Source: Escherichia coli (GTDB lineage: Bacteria; Pseudomonadota; Gammaproteobacteria; Enterobacterales; Enterobacteriaceae). From it: 64,000 nucleotides of DNA. Positions within the stretch are counted from its first letter, which is position 1; every line of letters starts with the position of its first letter. The notes below the pieces were generated by a model. It was not told the DNA's origin and searched no databases. It saw nothing but the letters and a program-made list of their open reading frames with translations. This document shows, one piece after another, positions 10,996 to 21,985 of the stretch. Where the stretch lies: assembly GCF_016903815.1 (NCBI RefSeq), contig NZ_CP069973.1; one strand, given 5' to 3'. A program made the translations under genes and the position numbers.

Positions 10996-12153
10996 ATGCT
11001 CACCGTTAAGCAGATTGAAGCAGCAAAGCCGAAAGAAAAACCATACCGCCTACTCGATGGTAATGGCCTGTACCTTTATGTCCCTGTGTCAGGGAAAAAG
11101 GTATGGCAGCTTCGCTACAAGATTGACGGTAAGGAGAAAATCCTGACTGTCGGAAAATATCCGCTTATGACTTTGCAGGAGGCAAGGGATAAGGCATGGA
11201 CTGCGAGGAAAGACATCTCGGTTGGCATCGATCCGGTAAAAGCGAAAAAGGCTTCGTCTAACAACAATTCCTTTAGTGTGATTTACAAGGAATGGTATGA
11301 GCACAAGAAGCAAGTCTGGTCAGTAGGCTATGCAACTGAACTTGCAAAAATGTTTGATGACGACATTTTACCTATCATCGGCGGCCTTGAAATTCAGGAT
11401 ATTGAGCCTATGCAACTGCTGGAAGTAATCCGCAGGTTTGAAGATCGCGGTGCAATGGAGCGAGCCAACAAAGCACGCAGAAGGTGCGGCGAGGTTTTCC
11501 GTTACGCTATTGTCACCGGCAGGGCTAAATATAACCCGGCACCTGACCTTGCTGACGCCATGAAGGGATACCGCAAGAAGAACTTCCCGTTTCTTCCAGC
11601 AGACCAGATCCCGGCATTCAACAAAGCACTTGCAACATTTTCAGGAAGTATCGTATCGCTCATTGCGACCAAAGTTTTACGCTACACAGCCCTAAGAACG
11701 AAAGAGCTTCGTTCCATGCAATGGAAGAACGTCGATTTTGAAAACAGGATTATCACCATCGACGCCAATGTGATGAAGGGACGCAAAATTCATGTGGTCC
11801 CGATGTCAGACCAGGTGGTTGAACTTCTCACTACGCTAAGCTCAATCACCAAACCAGTCTCAGAGTTTGTTTTTGCCGGGCGCAACGATAAGAAGAAGCC
11901 AATCTGCGAGAACGCGGTATTGCTTGTGATCAAACAAATCGGCTATGAAGGTCTGGAAAGCGGTCACGGATTCAGGCATGAATTCAGCACAATTATGAAC
12001 GAGCACGAATGGCCTGCTGACGCTATTGAAGTGCAGCTGGCACATGCCAACGGCGGATCTGTGCGCGGTATTTACAACCATGCTCAGTATCTCGATAAGC
12101 GCAGAGAAATGATGCAGTGGTGGGCGGACTGGCTTGATGAAAAGGTGGAGTGA
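10996..12153 (+). CDS. intS: P4-family tyrosine integrase (IntS-like), prophage integrase adjacent to argW
   Basis: ORF 10960-12153; start set at MLTVKQIEAAKPK...; C-terminal catalytic domain with HxxR-like 'HGFRHEF' and terminal Tyr region; matches my memory of IntS of the argW-associated CPS-53 prophage. Confidence 0.9.
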   Translation: MLTVKQIEAAKPKEKPYRLLDGNGLYLYVPVSGKKVWQLRYKIDGKEKILTVGKYPLMTLQEARDKAWTARKDISVGIDPVKAKKASSNNNSFSVIYKEWYEHKKQVWSVGYATELAKMFDDDILPIIGGLEIQDIEPMQLLEVIRRFEDRGAMERANKARRRCGEVFRYAIVTGRAKYNPAPDLADAMKGYRKKNFPFLPADQIPAFNKALATFSGSIVSLIATKVLRYTALRTKELRSMQWKNVDFENRIITIDANVMKGRKIHVVPMSDQVVELLTTLSSITKPVSEFVFAGRNDKKKPICENAVLLVIKQIGYEGLESGHGFRHEFSTIMNEHEWPADAIEVQLAHANGGSVRGIYNHAQYLDKRREMMQWWADWLDEKVE

Positions 12154-12269
12154 ACCACCTTAACCACTATCGAAGAGCACAAAACCTTGCAATCAAGTGC
12201 AAAGCTTTGTGTGTTATTTTTTATGGCTATATAAATTATATACTGCCAGTGCTATCTAACATTTAAATA

Positions 12270-12926
12270 TTATGAACTATAATAAGTCCTAATCTTTACA
12301 GATGAAAGCATAATCTTCCAAGCTTGATCGCTACCCAACCACTCATCGTTGGTTGGTTCATTATCACCAGATACTACATAAGTATCTGGCATATCAAAGT
12401 CTATATTGCAAAGGTCTTCTCCTTTGCGCTCCTTAAAAATAAGAAGATCTATTTTTGTTGTTGGGAATTTTTTATCCAAAACACTTCTCAGTTTATACAC
12501 AGCATCTCGTTCTGCATTCAATCTAACGAGTAAAACACGTTCCGACTCATTGATTTTCTCTATAAATCTTTTTCTTCTCGCCTTTATTTTTTTCATCATA
12601 TTAAACAAGCAGACTTCAATACCTTGTTTTTCATAGTCATCAATAAGAATATCGTGAATACTTCGAAATCCAGTCGCTGTATCTGTGATATCAATACAAT
12701 TTTTAAATCTGCCATTAATTTTTATATTTTCAGGCAAGAAAAGGTGGTCGCACCCCTTATTAATTATTTTTGTAACTTGAGGTAGTTTTTGAGAGGCAAA
12801 CCAATCAAATGGTCCACTAAATGTCCTCAACCCAAATCGCTTTAACCTTCCTGCTGGTTGACATTTTTTACCAAGGCTTGCTATAAAATCATACTCTCCA
12901 CAAGGAAGAAAAAGGCCTTTATTCAT
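12270..12926 (-). CDS. Hypothetical protein, possibly DUF1796-like (putative papain-like peptidase fold)
   Basis: ORF 12270-12962; start set at MNKGLFLPCGEYDF...; 'GPFDWF' motif recalled from DUF1796; AT-rich; sits between the integrase and the tailspike (conversion-gene position). Confidence 0.45.
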   Translation of the reverse strand: MNKGLFLPCGEYDFIASLGKKCQPAGRLKRFGLRTFSGPFDWFASQKLPQVTKIINKGCDHLFLPENIKINGRFKNCIDITDTATGFRSIHDILIDDYEKQGIEVCLFNMMKKIKARRKRFIEKINESERVLLVRLNAERDAVYKLRSVLDKKFPTTKIDLLIFKERKGEDLCNIDFDMPDTYVVSGDNEPTNDEWLGSDQAWKIMLSSVKIRTYYSS

Positions 12927-13043
12927 ATGATTTTCCTTACATTTTATGACGACAAAAATCATAACATTGCCTTATTAATCAGTCAAACAGTTAACAAATG
13001 CAAACAAACAAGTAAGCACATTGTTGATAATTTGTTTATTTTT

Positions 13044-13658
13044 ATGTTTTTGTTATCTATACCATTTTTTTCATTTGCTTCTGATACAAACAAAACGCCA
13101 CCATATCGCATGAGGGAGTCGATGTTTGAGTTATTAAAGGAGCAAAGGGATATTGTTATGCTTGGCGATAGCATAACCGCGCGAGGAGAGTGGAATGAGC
13201 TTCTTCCTAGTTTATCTGTAGCAAATAGGGGCATTGGGGGAGATGAAGTTAAATTTATGAAAAGAAGGATTGATTCTATATTTTTATTAAAGCCCAAATA
13301 TGTATTCATTATGGGCGGAACAAATGATTTCAGAAGAAAAAGAAGTGTTGATGATGTGGTTCGTGACTATAAGCATATAATAAAAAAACTACACAAACAC
13401 AGAATTAATGTATTCATTCAGTCCACCCTTTACGTGTCAAGAGAAAGCAGGTTAAATGACAACATAAAAATATTAAAATTAAACAATGCAATAAATAACT
13501 ATTGCTCTGTATCTAATTATTGTCGTTTCGTAGATCTTAACGTGCACATGGCAAAAGATAGAAAAATACTAGCTAAGTATAGCGATGATGGAGTCCATCT
13601 AAATGGTAATGGGTATTTAATGTGGGCGTCAATCATATACCCTTTAATTAAAAAATAA
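13044..13658 (+). CDS. SGNH/GDSL-family hydrolase (esterase/acyl-hydrolase) with N-terminal hydrophobic leader
   Basis: ORF 12858-13658; SGNH blocks visible: GDSIT (I), GIGG (II), GGTND (III), DGVHLN (V); start uncertain (set at MFLLSIPFFSFA to avoid overlap with the convergent ORF). Confidence 0.6.
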   Translation: MFLLSIPFFSFASDTNKTPPYRMRESMFELLKEQRDIVMLGDSITARGEWNELLPSLSVANRGIGGDEVKFMKRRIDSIFLLKPKYVFIMGGTNDFRRKRSVDDVVRDYKHIIKKLHKHRINVFIQSTLYVSRESRLNDNIKILKLNNAINNYCSVSNYCRFVDLNVHMAKDRKILAKYSDDGVHLNGNGYLMWASIIYPLIKK

Positions 13659-13665
13659 GAATAGT

Positions 13666-13697
13666 AAAAAACCATCTCATTATGAGGTGGTTTTTTA
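13666..13697. terminator. Bidirectional terminator between the SGNH gene and the tailspike gene
   Basis: Hairpin aaaaaccatctcat/tatgaggtggtttttt with flanking A- and T-runs. Confidence 0.5.
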
Positions 13698-13777
13698 TAT
13701 AGAATAAAGCAATAGAGGTTTATTTTATTTGTTTATCATGGCTTAATGCACTAGTACTTTAATTGAAAAAACTATAT

Positions 13778-16177
13778 TTATTTTAGTATCCATCCGGTAT
13801 TTCCTGTTCCTGTTTTTTTTTGATACCAATCACCATTATAATCAATGTACATTGACCCCTGAGGTGCGGTCACAACACCCTCAGGTGAACCGGAGCCTCT
13901 ATAAATTCCAAAGAGAGTTGTACCTCTTACTTTCTCGTATGCAAACAACAAACCATCTGAAGCCCTTCTGATACGCAACGGTTCGTGCTCTGAGTCCGAT
14001 GCAAATGTAGTGGTGCCGTTTGAATCTGTTTCCCTGGAAAAACTTCCATCTGTTCTTGTTCCTTCAATGATCGAATTTGGGTAGTTTGGATCATCAGATG
14101 AATGTAACCTAATATAGGAACTATTTGATGCTGATACCCCCCTACCCCTTAAAATCAATCCCTTAAATGATGACGTAAATAGTGCCTGGATTGAGCCATA
14201 AACAGTGTTATCACTACCGTTTTGCTGATCGTATATTCTTAGTCTTGAGCTATTATCATACATAATAGCGTTGAAGTACTCACCAAGACGTTCGCTAAAT
14301 GCAACAATATTAAAAGCATTGCGCCATCTAAATGATATATTTCGCCCGCTTTCTCCGGCATCTACACCTGCATTACTTGAAGCATTGGTTATGCCAGAAT
14401 TAAGGTTCTGCTCATCGTTGTTACCAGTCGCTGGTCGTATAGAGTAAATTGTCTTTTTCTCAAGAGAATAGCTACTTCCCCATCCATAATCTGTATCAGG
14501 ACTCCAGTCTCCAGAATTTGCATCCTTGGTTGTTTCCACCCAATAAGAGCCATTTGATGGAGGAACACCAATTATTCCAGAAGTCTCAATAGATGATGCA
14601 GCCCATCTTCTTCCACGCCAGTTTACAATATTAGCTCCTGCCCTCCATGTTTCTATGCAGCTTATAATTATTTCTTCGCCACGAATAGTTAAACCTTCCG
14701 GCTCGAATCTGGCTGGATTCCCAAGAGTTGGATGGTTAAGCAACCCATCGCGCCCATATTGCGACCTTGCATCATCGATATCTAATTTTCTTAGTAAATT
14801 ACCTGTTAAATCATATGTAAAGATATGATGCTTTCCAAAAGCATTAGTGCCTCCCTTAAGTATATGTATATATCTTCCATCAGACGCAATACCTTGTACA
14901 GAGTAAGCGCCTTCAGAAGGTGAGTCGCTCATTTCCCAAACAAACATGGGGTTTGCTAATGTTTTATCTTCAAGTTTATCAATTGATATTTTATCGTATA
15001 TAAATACAGTTCGTTTAGCGGCATCACTCTTTGGTGTATTAACCATTATTAAAAGACGACCGTCAGAAGAAATGGCAATTCCTGCACGATTGTAATCTTG
15101 AAATGGGTGACCGCTACCAGTAATCCCCCATACATTATAACTTTTTACGTCAGACTGAGTTGTTCCTGCCCCTCGCCAAGTTATTTTACTAAACCCTTTG
15201 CCTGCAGACTCCCCATCTTCACCTGAATTGGTTACACTTGATGTATATAAATATACTTGACCATTCTCCACCATGGCAGAAAGATCAAATCCGTGCCCAA
15301 GGTTTAATTCTGGAGAATACGCAACATGGTTTACTACCCTTCCATCATCATAAAGATTAAACTCAACAATACGAACTCTTTCTTTATCCGACCAGGTTGG
15401 CCCAACAGGCCGTTGTGTGACAAATAGTTTTTCAATGCCATTAACACGGCAATATGCGATCCCCTGTAACGCATTTCTGGCATTAGGATAAATTTCTGTG
15501 TTTGTTTCTCCCTGAAAACCAAAAAAAGGTTCCATCATTTTTCTCTGCGCAAGTTTGTCAGTTTCAAGTAGACGAGAAACGGAAATAAGAGAGCCATTAT
15601 CTGCAACAATCCTCCCAATACCTCGAGCAGAAGATACATCAACTTCGAGAGTATTTACTGCAAAATCGCCATCAGGAACAAACATTCTATAGCCTGCGTT
15701 AGAGAATGCCTCAGTAGCGTCAGTTATTCCATCACTGATAGCCCCCCAACCGCGAACATCTTTGTCATCACGCCATCGTGCAATCTGCAATTCGGGATAT
15801 TTTTTAGCACCATCCGGGTCTTCTAACTGCTGCCGTAGCTGATCCGGGTCATACTTCAGCACATTAGGGAAATAGAACTGCTGAGTGCCATATGCATCAT
15901 ATACAGCCATAGAATGGCCTTGAACAGTTACGAATTTGGCAATCTGCCCGTTATATACCGGATATCCAGCAGCGTTAATGATGATTGGCTGCGAAACAGG
16001 AACATGAGAGCCGTCTTCGTTCTCTACATAAACCTGAATCTGGTTTTCTGGACTTACCGGGTCAGTGTCAATTTTTCCGATATAAATTTTGCCGTTGGCT
16101 ACTGCTTTAAAAGAACGCGCCATAGTGAAGAGTTGCGAAGGCATACTCACTACAACATTGGCTGTAATGTCTGTCAT
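13778..16177 (-). CDS. P22-like tailspike protein (gp9 homologue) with conserved head-binding N-terminus and divergent receptor-binding body
   Basis: 799 aa; N-terminus [40 protein letters not shown]... is near-identical to the P22 tailspike head-binding domain as I remember it; the remainder differs. Confidence 0.85.
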   Translation of the reverse strand: MTDITANVVVSMPSQLFTMARSFKAVANGKIYIGKIDTDPVSPENQIQVYVENEDGSHVPVSQPIIINAAGYPVYNGQIAKFVTVQGHSMAVYDAYGTQQFYFPNVLKYDPDQLRQQLEDPDGAKKYPELQIARWRDDKDVRGWGAISDGITDATEAFSNAGYRMFVPDGDFAVNTLEVDVSSARGIGRIVADNGSLISVSRLLETDKLAQRKMMEPFFGFQGETNTEIYPNARNALQGIAYCRVNGIEKLFVTQRPVGPTWSDKERVRIVEFNLYDDGRVVNHVAYSPELNLGHGFDLSAMVENGQVYLYTSSVTNSGEDGESAGKGFSKITWRGAGTTQSDVKSYNVWGITGSGHPFQDYNRAGIAISSDGRLLIMVNTPKSDAAKRTVFIYDKISIDKLEDKTLANPMFVWEMSDSPSEGAYSVQGIASDGRYIHILKGGTNAFGKHHIFTYDLTGNLLRKLDIDDARSQYGRDGLLNHPTLGNPARFEPEGLTIRGEEIIISCIETWRAGANIVNWRGRRWAASSIETSGIIGVPPSNGSYWVETTKDANSGDWSPDTDYGWGSSYSLEKKTIYSIRPATGNNDEQNLNSGITNASSNAGVDAGESGRNISFRWRNAFNIVAFSERLGEYFNAIMYDNSSRLRIYDQQNGSDNTVYGSIQALFTSSFKGLILRGRGVSASNSSYIRLHSSDDPNYPNSIIEGTRTDGSFSRETDSNGTTTFASDSEHEPLRIRRASDGLLFAYEKVRGTTLFGIYRGSGSPEGVVTAPQGSMYIDYNGDWYQKKTGTGNTGWILK

Positions 16178-16341
16178 TTAATTTTCTCCAGACGTAGCAA
16201 TGCGGAACAAGATGCAACTTGCCCGGCATTGCATTAATGTAAGTTATGATTTGTTAACTATGAGATGAGTCTATGCAAAAAGATCTGTTGAATATTGCGT
16301 TCTATATATTTGGTTTTTGCACATTTCTGGTGTTTGCAAAG

Positions 16342-18339
16342 CTATTCTGACAACGAATCAGACTTAGCCCCCTGCGTCAGAGCGTTAATTGCCTTTTGTG
16401 CCTGCTGCATTGCTTTCTCAAAGGCTGTTGATCCGCGTGGGGTGTTTGCCATTCTGAGCATTGCATTTCTGAATGGTTCGCTCTCATAGGCGCGAGTAAG
16501 AAGTCCGTAGCTTACTGCTGCGCCAGTTGTCGCCGGGTTCATTGCCGTCCCATACCCGATAATGAACGGGATGGTTTGCTGCCCTGTGGGTGTTGTTACT
16601 GCCGCTTTTGCTGCCTGCTGAGTGGACTGAAGGTAATTTTTCAATCCTTTCAGATAAGCAGCATCCTGCCCCTTAAATGTGATGCCAGTCTGGTTTTGCA
16701 GGATGTTAAGCTGCCGAAGGAACTGGTCAGGGGATCCGCCAGATTTCTCCATCGCCTTTCCAATGATGCCATTGCGCATTTGCGCCCTGCCAACACGACC
16801 AACTGAGTTATACAGAGTCTTAATTTCCGATTTGTTCTTGCTGAATAGCATGTTGTTGACAACTTCCGGCGTCAGATCGCCTTTCATGAGAACATTCTTC
16901 AGCCTGGTATTCTTTAGTTTAGCCGCTTCGTCAGCGTAGACGGCATTGGCCTGCTGATATTTACGGAGAGTATCGTTGCCAAGATTCTGACCAATGGCAC
17001 CATTGATATCGTCGGTCATTGCATTGTAAACGCGCTGAATGGCAGCATCGGAACGGTTTGGTAACACTGGTCGCTCACCCTTCACGTCCATTCTGAACTG
17101 GCTGCGCAGATCGCTTAATTGCTTCAAATCCAGATTTACCGGACCATCAGGACCAGCATTGCGAACAAGCTCATCACGATAGGACTGAAGTTTTGAAATT
17201 GTCTCGTTATCAGCCACCTTACCAAGCTTCTGCAGATTAGATATCTCAGTATCAATCTGCTGAATTGCTCGTGCAGGCTGAATGTTTACTCCAGCCATAG
17301 CATTCTGAACCTGCTCCAGTCGATTACCGGCGGCACGACGAATTCCTGATGTTTTCGCTTTAAGGCTGTCAATAACAACCGCTGGATCATACTCACCGAA
17401 TTTATCGGCAAATCTCTGCACCAACTGGCTTCTCGCTTCCTGTTGCGTTGCTCTCATTCCGCTTGTGCCAGCCAGGGGGATATTTTCTGCTGTAGTCTGC
17501 GCCATTTTCCCGACGCGGGAAGTAGGCTGTAACAGGTCTGTGGTGTGCAGAGGAACTCCTTCACGCTCTGCAAACCTGATAGCCTGTTGAGCTTCTGGTG
17601 CTATCGAACCACGAACACCACGATAAGCAGCACCTAATCCACGTCCGGCAGCGTTAATAGCACCGCCAGCCAGCACACCAACGCCTAAATCGGTGGCGAG
17701 TGCTTCCGCATCATCTTTCGCACTGTTTGCAGCAAGTGATCCAACTGCGTTTTCTGCTAGAAGGCGAGTTGCCCCCTGAGCAATTCGACCAGCAAGTGTT
17801 GGTGCCTGTGTTGCCGCTCTCTCAACGCCAGCAGGAGTGAGGTAAGGCAATGCTTCAGCAAATACCCTTCCCTCTGTCGTTTGTGGAGTCAGCGCGCCTT
17901 GCTGAAGGCCAAAGTCCTGCTCTAATCCCTGCGTTGTTACTCGTGGTGCTGGTTGATATGTACCATCGCCAATGCCGAGTTTACCGCCAGCCCAAGCCGC
18001 CGCGCTTGTTACAGCATCGGCAACTGATGCAGGTATGTTTGCCACATTCACGCCAGCCTGCACCAGTCCGCGACCAGTCTCTTTTACTGCTTCGCCAAGA
18101 TCAGACATAAATCCACTTTGCTGTGGTTGTTGCTGTGCTACTGGTTGCGGCGTCTCCACTGGCGACACAGATGGCAATGGATAGGCAGCATAGAAAGCTT
18201 GCTTAGCCTGCTCTGCATTTTCTCCGGCTTGCGGGGCCACGACTTCATTGAAGTATTGCTCCTGAGCCTGCGCTTTTTGTTCTGGTGCTAACGCCTGATA
18301 CTGTGGAGAGGCGATAACATCTTTCCATGCTTTAGCCAT
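16342..18339 (-). CDS. Ejection/injection protein (P22 gp16-like)
   Basis: 665 aa, Ala/Gln/Gly-rich; position and order (26-14-7-20-16-9) match the P22 ejection protein cassette. Confidence 0.55.
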   Translation of the reverse strand: MAKAWKDVIASPQYQALAPEQKAQAQEQYFNEVVAPQAGENAEQAKQAFYAAYPLPSVSPVETPQPVAQQQPQQSGFMSDLGEAVKETGRGLVQAGVNVANIPASVADAVTSAAAWAGGKLGIGDGTYQPAPRVTTQGLEQDFGLQQGALTPQTTEGRVFAEALPYLTPAGVERAATQAPTLAGRIAQGATRLLAENAVGSLAANSAKDDAEALATDLGVGVLAGGAINAAGRGLGAAYRGVRGSIAPEAQQAIRFAEREGVPLHTTDLLQPTSRVGKMAQTTAENIPLAGTSGMRATQQEARSQLVQRFADKFGEYDPAVVIDSLKAKTSGIRRAAGNRLEQVQNAMAGVNIQPARAIQQIDTEISNLQKLGKVADNETISKLQSYRDELVRNAGPDGPVNLDLKQLSDLRSQFRMDVKGERPVLPNRSDAAIQRVYNAMTDDINGAIGQNLGNDTLRKYQQANAVYADEAAKLKNTRLKNVLMKGDLTPEVVNNMLFSKNKSEIKTLYNSVGRVGRAQMRNGIIGKAMEKSGGSPDQFLRQLNILQNQTGITFKGQDAAYLKGLKNYLQSTQQAAKAAVTTPTGQQTIPFIIGYGTAMNPATTGAAVSYGLLTRAYESEPFRNAMLRMANTPRGSTAFEKAMQQAQKAINALTQGAKSDSLSE

Positions 18340-19727
18340 TAATCACCCCATAGTGAAGAAAAGTTACTGCTGGCTGCTGGCTGTGATACCTGTGCAGGTT
18401 GAGATTGCTGCCGCTGAGATTTACCAACATTAACGTTATATTGTTGGTTGTAATTGTTGGTGTATTCCTGAATCTCACGAATCGACTGCTGCATAGCCTC
18501 CGGGCTTGAATAGTCAACCTGCGGCATCCCCTGAAAATACATCTTCGCTTCTGCAACGGTGTTAATACCACTGGCCCCCATGTCCCTTGCTGCCGCCACA
18601 CCCTGATTCTGCATTCTGCCCTGAATACGTTGTGCTGAGTTATATAACTGGCGCTGCTCTTTTCCTGTTAATCTGCTGCGAACATCAGCACCAATTGCCG
18701 GGTTACCTGCGCCGCCGGTCATTCCTGTCATGAAATCGAGAGCAGAAGCGTCTGCATTTGCGATAGCGTCGATATCCTTCTTCATGGCATAGTTTTGTGC
18801 TGATGCAGACGATGTTGCAGGCGCTGCGATTGAACTGGCAGGAACGCGAACCATATTCCCCTCGTTGTCGATGCCTTCGTAGAACGCATTAGCCCCAGCG
18901 CCGTGAAGCTTCCCACCTACCGTTACAGTTCTGCCATCTGATAACTGAACTGTACGCTCATCATTCCCAGCGATTCCTCTTGTTGACGCTCGCTGCATTG
19001 CCAAATCCTGACCTCGTCGCGCAGTAGAAGCAGATAAGTCCTGACCGCGCATCGTGATGTTCTGACCTCGTGCTGTTAGCGCCTCTCCAGCCTGATTGCT
19101 GCGGATTGTCTCTGCCAGTCTGCCTCGGTCAATTTCACGACCAGCCATCTTGTCCTGAACATTGAAGTAGTCAATCGGACCGAGAGCAGCCATCCCAAGG
19201 TGATCAACAAACTCACCAAATCCTGAAGGATTCTGCTGATACATCTGAGCAACGCTGTTAGGGTCAACACCGACGCGAGTCAGTTCCTTGGCGTTGTTTT
19301 GCAGCCATGATTGCATTGCTTCTGGAGACGATGACGCAAGGCGTGCGCCAGCCGCTAAGGTGCCGATAGAATTACGCTGCTCTTCATCAATGAATCCCAT
19401 GCCTTTACGAACGGATTCAATCTGGTCTGGATATTGAGTAGCCAACTGACGCAAAGCACCGCGATCACCAGACGCATAAGCATTAGCGTATGCCTGCTGA
19501 AATTCTTTCTGCCGCTGAGCCTGCTTTTCCTGCTGAAACACCCCCGCAATACCTGAAAGGCCTTGCAAAGCAGTCAGCCCAACATTGTTAGCGCCTGAAC
19601 GCTCAATATCATTGTTCTGCCTGATAAGCTGAAGCGTATTGCCGATGTCATTTACGCTCGGAGCGTTTGAGTTGACGCCGCCGATACCAGCCAACAATCC
19701 GCCGTTTGTTCCTTGCCAAGTAGCCAT
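18339..19727 (-). CDS. Ejection/injection protein (P22 gp20-like)
   Basis: 462 aa; synteny with P22 gene 20; overlapping stop/start with neighbours. Confidence 0.55.
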   Translation of the reverse strand: MATWQGTNGGLLAGIGGVNSNAPSVNDIGNTLQLIRQNNDIERSGANNVGLTALQGLSGIAGVFQQEKQAQRQKEFQQAYANAYASGDRGALRQLATQYPDQIESVRKGMGFIDEEQRNSIGTLAAGARLASSSPEAMQSWLQNNAKELTRVGVDPNSVAQMYQQNPSGFGEFVDHLGMAALGPIDYFNVQDKMAGREIDRGRLAETIRSNQAGEALTARGQNITMRGQDLSASTARRGQDLAMQRASTRGIAGNDERTVQLSDGRTVTVGGKLHGAGANAFYEGIDNEGNMVRVPASSIAAPATSSASAQNYAMKKDIDAIANADASALDFMTGMTGGAGNPAIGADVRSRLTGKEQRQLYNSAQRIQGRMQNQGVAAARDMGASGINTVAEAKMYFQGMPQVDYSSPEAMQQSIREIQEYTNNYNQQYNVNVGKSQRQQSQPAQVSQPAASSNFSSLWGD

Positions 19728-19736
19728 GATTACCCC

Positions 19737-20429
19737 TTAAAACAACGAGCCAAGCAATCCGATACCAGCACCAATGCCAGCGCCCCAAGGCGTTGATGTT
19801 CCCAAAAGGCTGGCAAGACCTGCACCGGCAATCGCACCAGACGTTCCGCCACTAATTGCTGTCTGAAGACTTGATGGTTTGTTGGCATTAGCAGCGGCAA
19901 GAGCTGCGCTTTGCTGTGCAATGCTGCTCATGTTGTTGGCGTATGTCTGCCCGGCGTTCGCCTGACCTTGCAGCGCACCAAGGCCAATGTTTGCCAGATT
20001 GTTGTAGTTGCTCATCTGGTTCGACAACCACGACTGACCGAGAGTCGGGGCAATCGTGGCCAGTTGATTGCTTGTGGCTGTCGAGCCAAGTCCCCCCGTC
20101 GCCTCCGCAGCAGCAAGACTCTGGTAACGCGCCTGACCTGCAAGGTCTTTATACTGCTGAGAGTTGTAATACTGATTAAGTGCCTGCCCCTGTCCTTCTA
20201 AACTGGAAAGATTCTGAAGCTGGTTAACATACTGCTCCGCAAGCGGAGTGAACGGAGCAAGGTTTTTCATGATCGTCTGCCACTGTTGATTTTGCAGGTC
20301 TGCGGCATACTTCTGAGCTTCTGCTGCATACTTTGCGCTTTTATCAGAGCTACCACCTTTCCCGCCTTTTTCAGGGCACCAAGGTTCCTCGCCGCGCAGT
20401 TTTCTGCCCAGCTTAAATGCATATAACAT
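19737..20429 (-). CDS. Ejection/injection protein (P22 gp7-like)
   Basis: 230 aa; Gly/Ala-rich C-terminus; synteny with P22 gene 7. Confidence 0.55.
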   Translation of the reverse strand: MLYAFKLGRKLRGEEPWCPEKGGKGGSSDKSAKYAAEAQKYAADLQNQQWQTIMKNLAPFTPLAEQYVNQLQNLSSLEGQGQALNQYYNSQQYKDLAGQARYQSLAAAEATGGLGSTATSNQLATIAPTLGQSWLSNQMSNYNNLANIGLGALQGQANAGQTYANNMSSIAQQSAALAAANANKPSSLQTAISGGTSGAIAGAGLASLLGTSTPWGAGIGAGIGLLGSLF

Positions 20430-20431
20430 GG

Positions 20432-20887
20432 CTATCTCCCGTGATTCAGGAAGTCGATTAGTTCTTCGCGTGTTGCGCTGTAAAACGTCACGTCATCCAC
20501 GCCTTTGAAGTATTTCTTGATGGTTCCTACACGATTAAGGCCAATCATTGCGCAGTACATCTGACCGTGGCGGAATTTGCGTGCAGCGAACGATGTGACG
20601 CACTGAACGGTGGTGTTAGTCAGAATGTATCGCCAGAACGCCAGCCCGATTTCCTTGCTGAAGCCTCGAATCTCTGGCAGGTACATGGCGTGGCAATCGA
20701 ATGTAAGCGGCTGAATCTCCTGATAGTAAACAATGCCGCCGAACTGCCCGTGCACGTTCACCTCAAAGTAACGGCAATCAGGTTTGTAGTCGTATCCATC
20801 ACCGTTGTTGCTCCCGGCGATAATGTCAGGGTGATTTCCTACTGCTTCTATCAGGTCGATGTTTCGCGTTGGTTTGAATGTAATCAT
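20432..20887 (-). CDS. Virion protein (P22 gp14-like)
   Basis: 151 aa; position between the tail-needle and gp7-like genes. Confidence 0.5.
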   Translation of the reverse strand: MITFKPTRNIDLIEAVGNHPDIIAGSNNGDGYDYKPDCRYFEVNVHGQFGGIVYYQEIQPLTFDCHAMYLPEIRGFSKEIGLAFWRYILTNTTVQCVTSFAARKFRHGQMYCAMIGLNRVGTIKKYFKGVDDVTFYSATREELIDFLNHGR

Positions 20888-21588
20888 CAGTCAATCAGCC
20901 CATGTAATCTAAGTGCTGTTTCAAGCGCCAGAATACGCTGCCGCGCCTGCTCCAAACCTGTAGCGATAGCTGCGACTTCGGATTGTGTGTACGTAGTGCC
21001 GACCGTGTATGACTGGTTAGCGTTGAATGAGCCAAGAAGTGGTGTGCCTGTGGCCGCCGTCCATCCGGTCTGCCTTGCTCCAACGACCTGAATTCCATCA
21101 ACTGAATATGATGTTTTTACATCCAGCGGTGACGCAAGAGACTGCGATTCTGTTACGGTTTTCGATACGTAATCACTCTTAATGCCAGAGACATCGTTTT
21201 CTACGTCATCCAGTCTTTGGTCAACAGTGACCAGATGCGCCTGAATATCGATAACCTCATCCAGCAAGTAATCAACATCGCTACGCAGTACGACTATCTT
21301 CCCTTCGGCAGTTGTTAACCTGACCTCAAGTAGATTTATCGCTTTTGTGTTTGCGGTGATTCTTGCGTCGTGATCAGCCAGTTCGACGTCCTGTTCATCG
21401 TTTTTTACCTGAGCATCGTAAGCGCCCTGACCAGCCTGATTTGCCTTCCCGGCAATTGCGCCAACATCAGCACCCTGATTTATGACATACAGCAGGTAAG
21501 ACTGGCTGAATATATTGCGTGGAAGGATTGATGTATCGAGCCGCGTCGCCTGCACAATAACAGGGGTGTTGAGATTCGAATCAGCCAT
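20887..21588 (-). CDS. Tail needle protein (P22 gp26 homologue)
   Basis: 233 aa; N-terminus [25 protein letters not shown]... and C-terminus ...[32 protein letters not shown] closely match my memory of P22 gp26. Confidence 0.85.
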   Translation of the reverse strand: MADSNLNTPVIVQATRLDTSILPRNIFSQSYLLYVINQGADVGAIAGKANQAGQGAYDAQVKNDEQDVELADHDARITANTKAINLLEVRLTTAEGKIVVLRSDVDYLLDEVIDIQAHLVTVDQRLDDVENDVSGIKSDYVSKTVTESQSLASPLDVKTSYSVDGIQVVGARQTGWTAATGTPLLGSFNANQSYTVGTTYTQSEVAAIATGLEQARQRILALETALRLHGLID

Positions 21589-21985
21589 TACTCAATCCTC
21601 TGCCTTGCAAACTCTCCAAAATTTTCTGCTCTTGCCATCATTGATGCTGAGATAGCTTCGTCCAGGTCATCGAAGCATCCAACGTGAACCTGTTTTTTAT
21701 TTTTCTTGAAAGAAACAGTCCACTTGCAGAGATTTTTGTGCCAACAGACACCAGGATATCCTGACTTATTATTTCTTTGAATATTCCTGTTCATCCCATT
21801 CTGGGATCTATTTGCCAATCTTAAATTTGAAAATCTGTTATCCGTTCTGTCTCCGTTAATATGATCTATTAAGCAATTTGCAGGTTTTCCTGTCATATAA
21901 AACCAAGCAAGCCTATGCGCTAAGTATCTCTTACCACAGACCATTATCCTTAAATAACCAGTGCACATGGTTCCTGGATTTGCCC

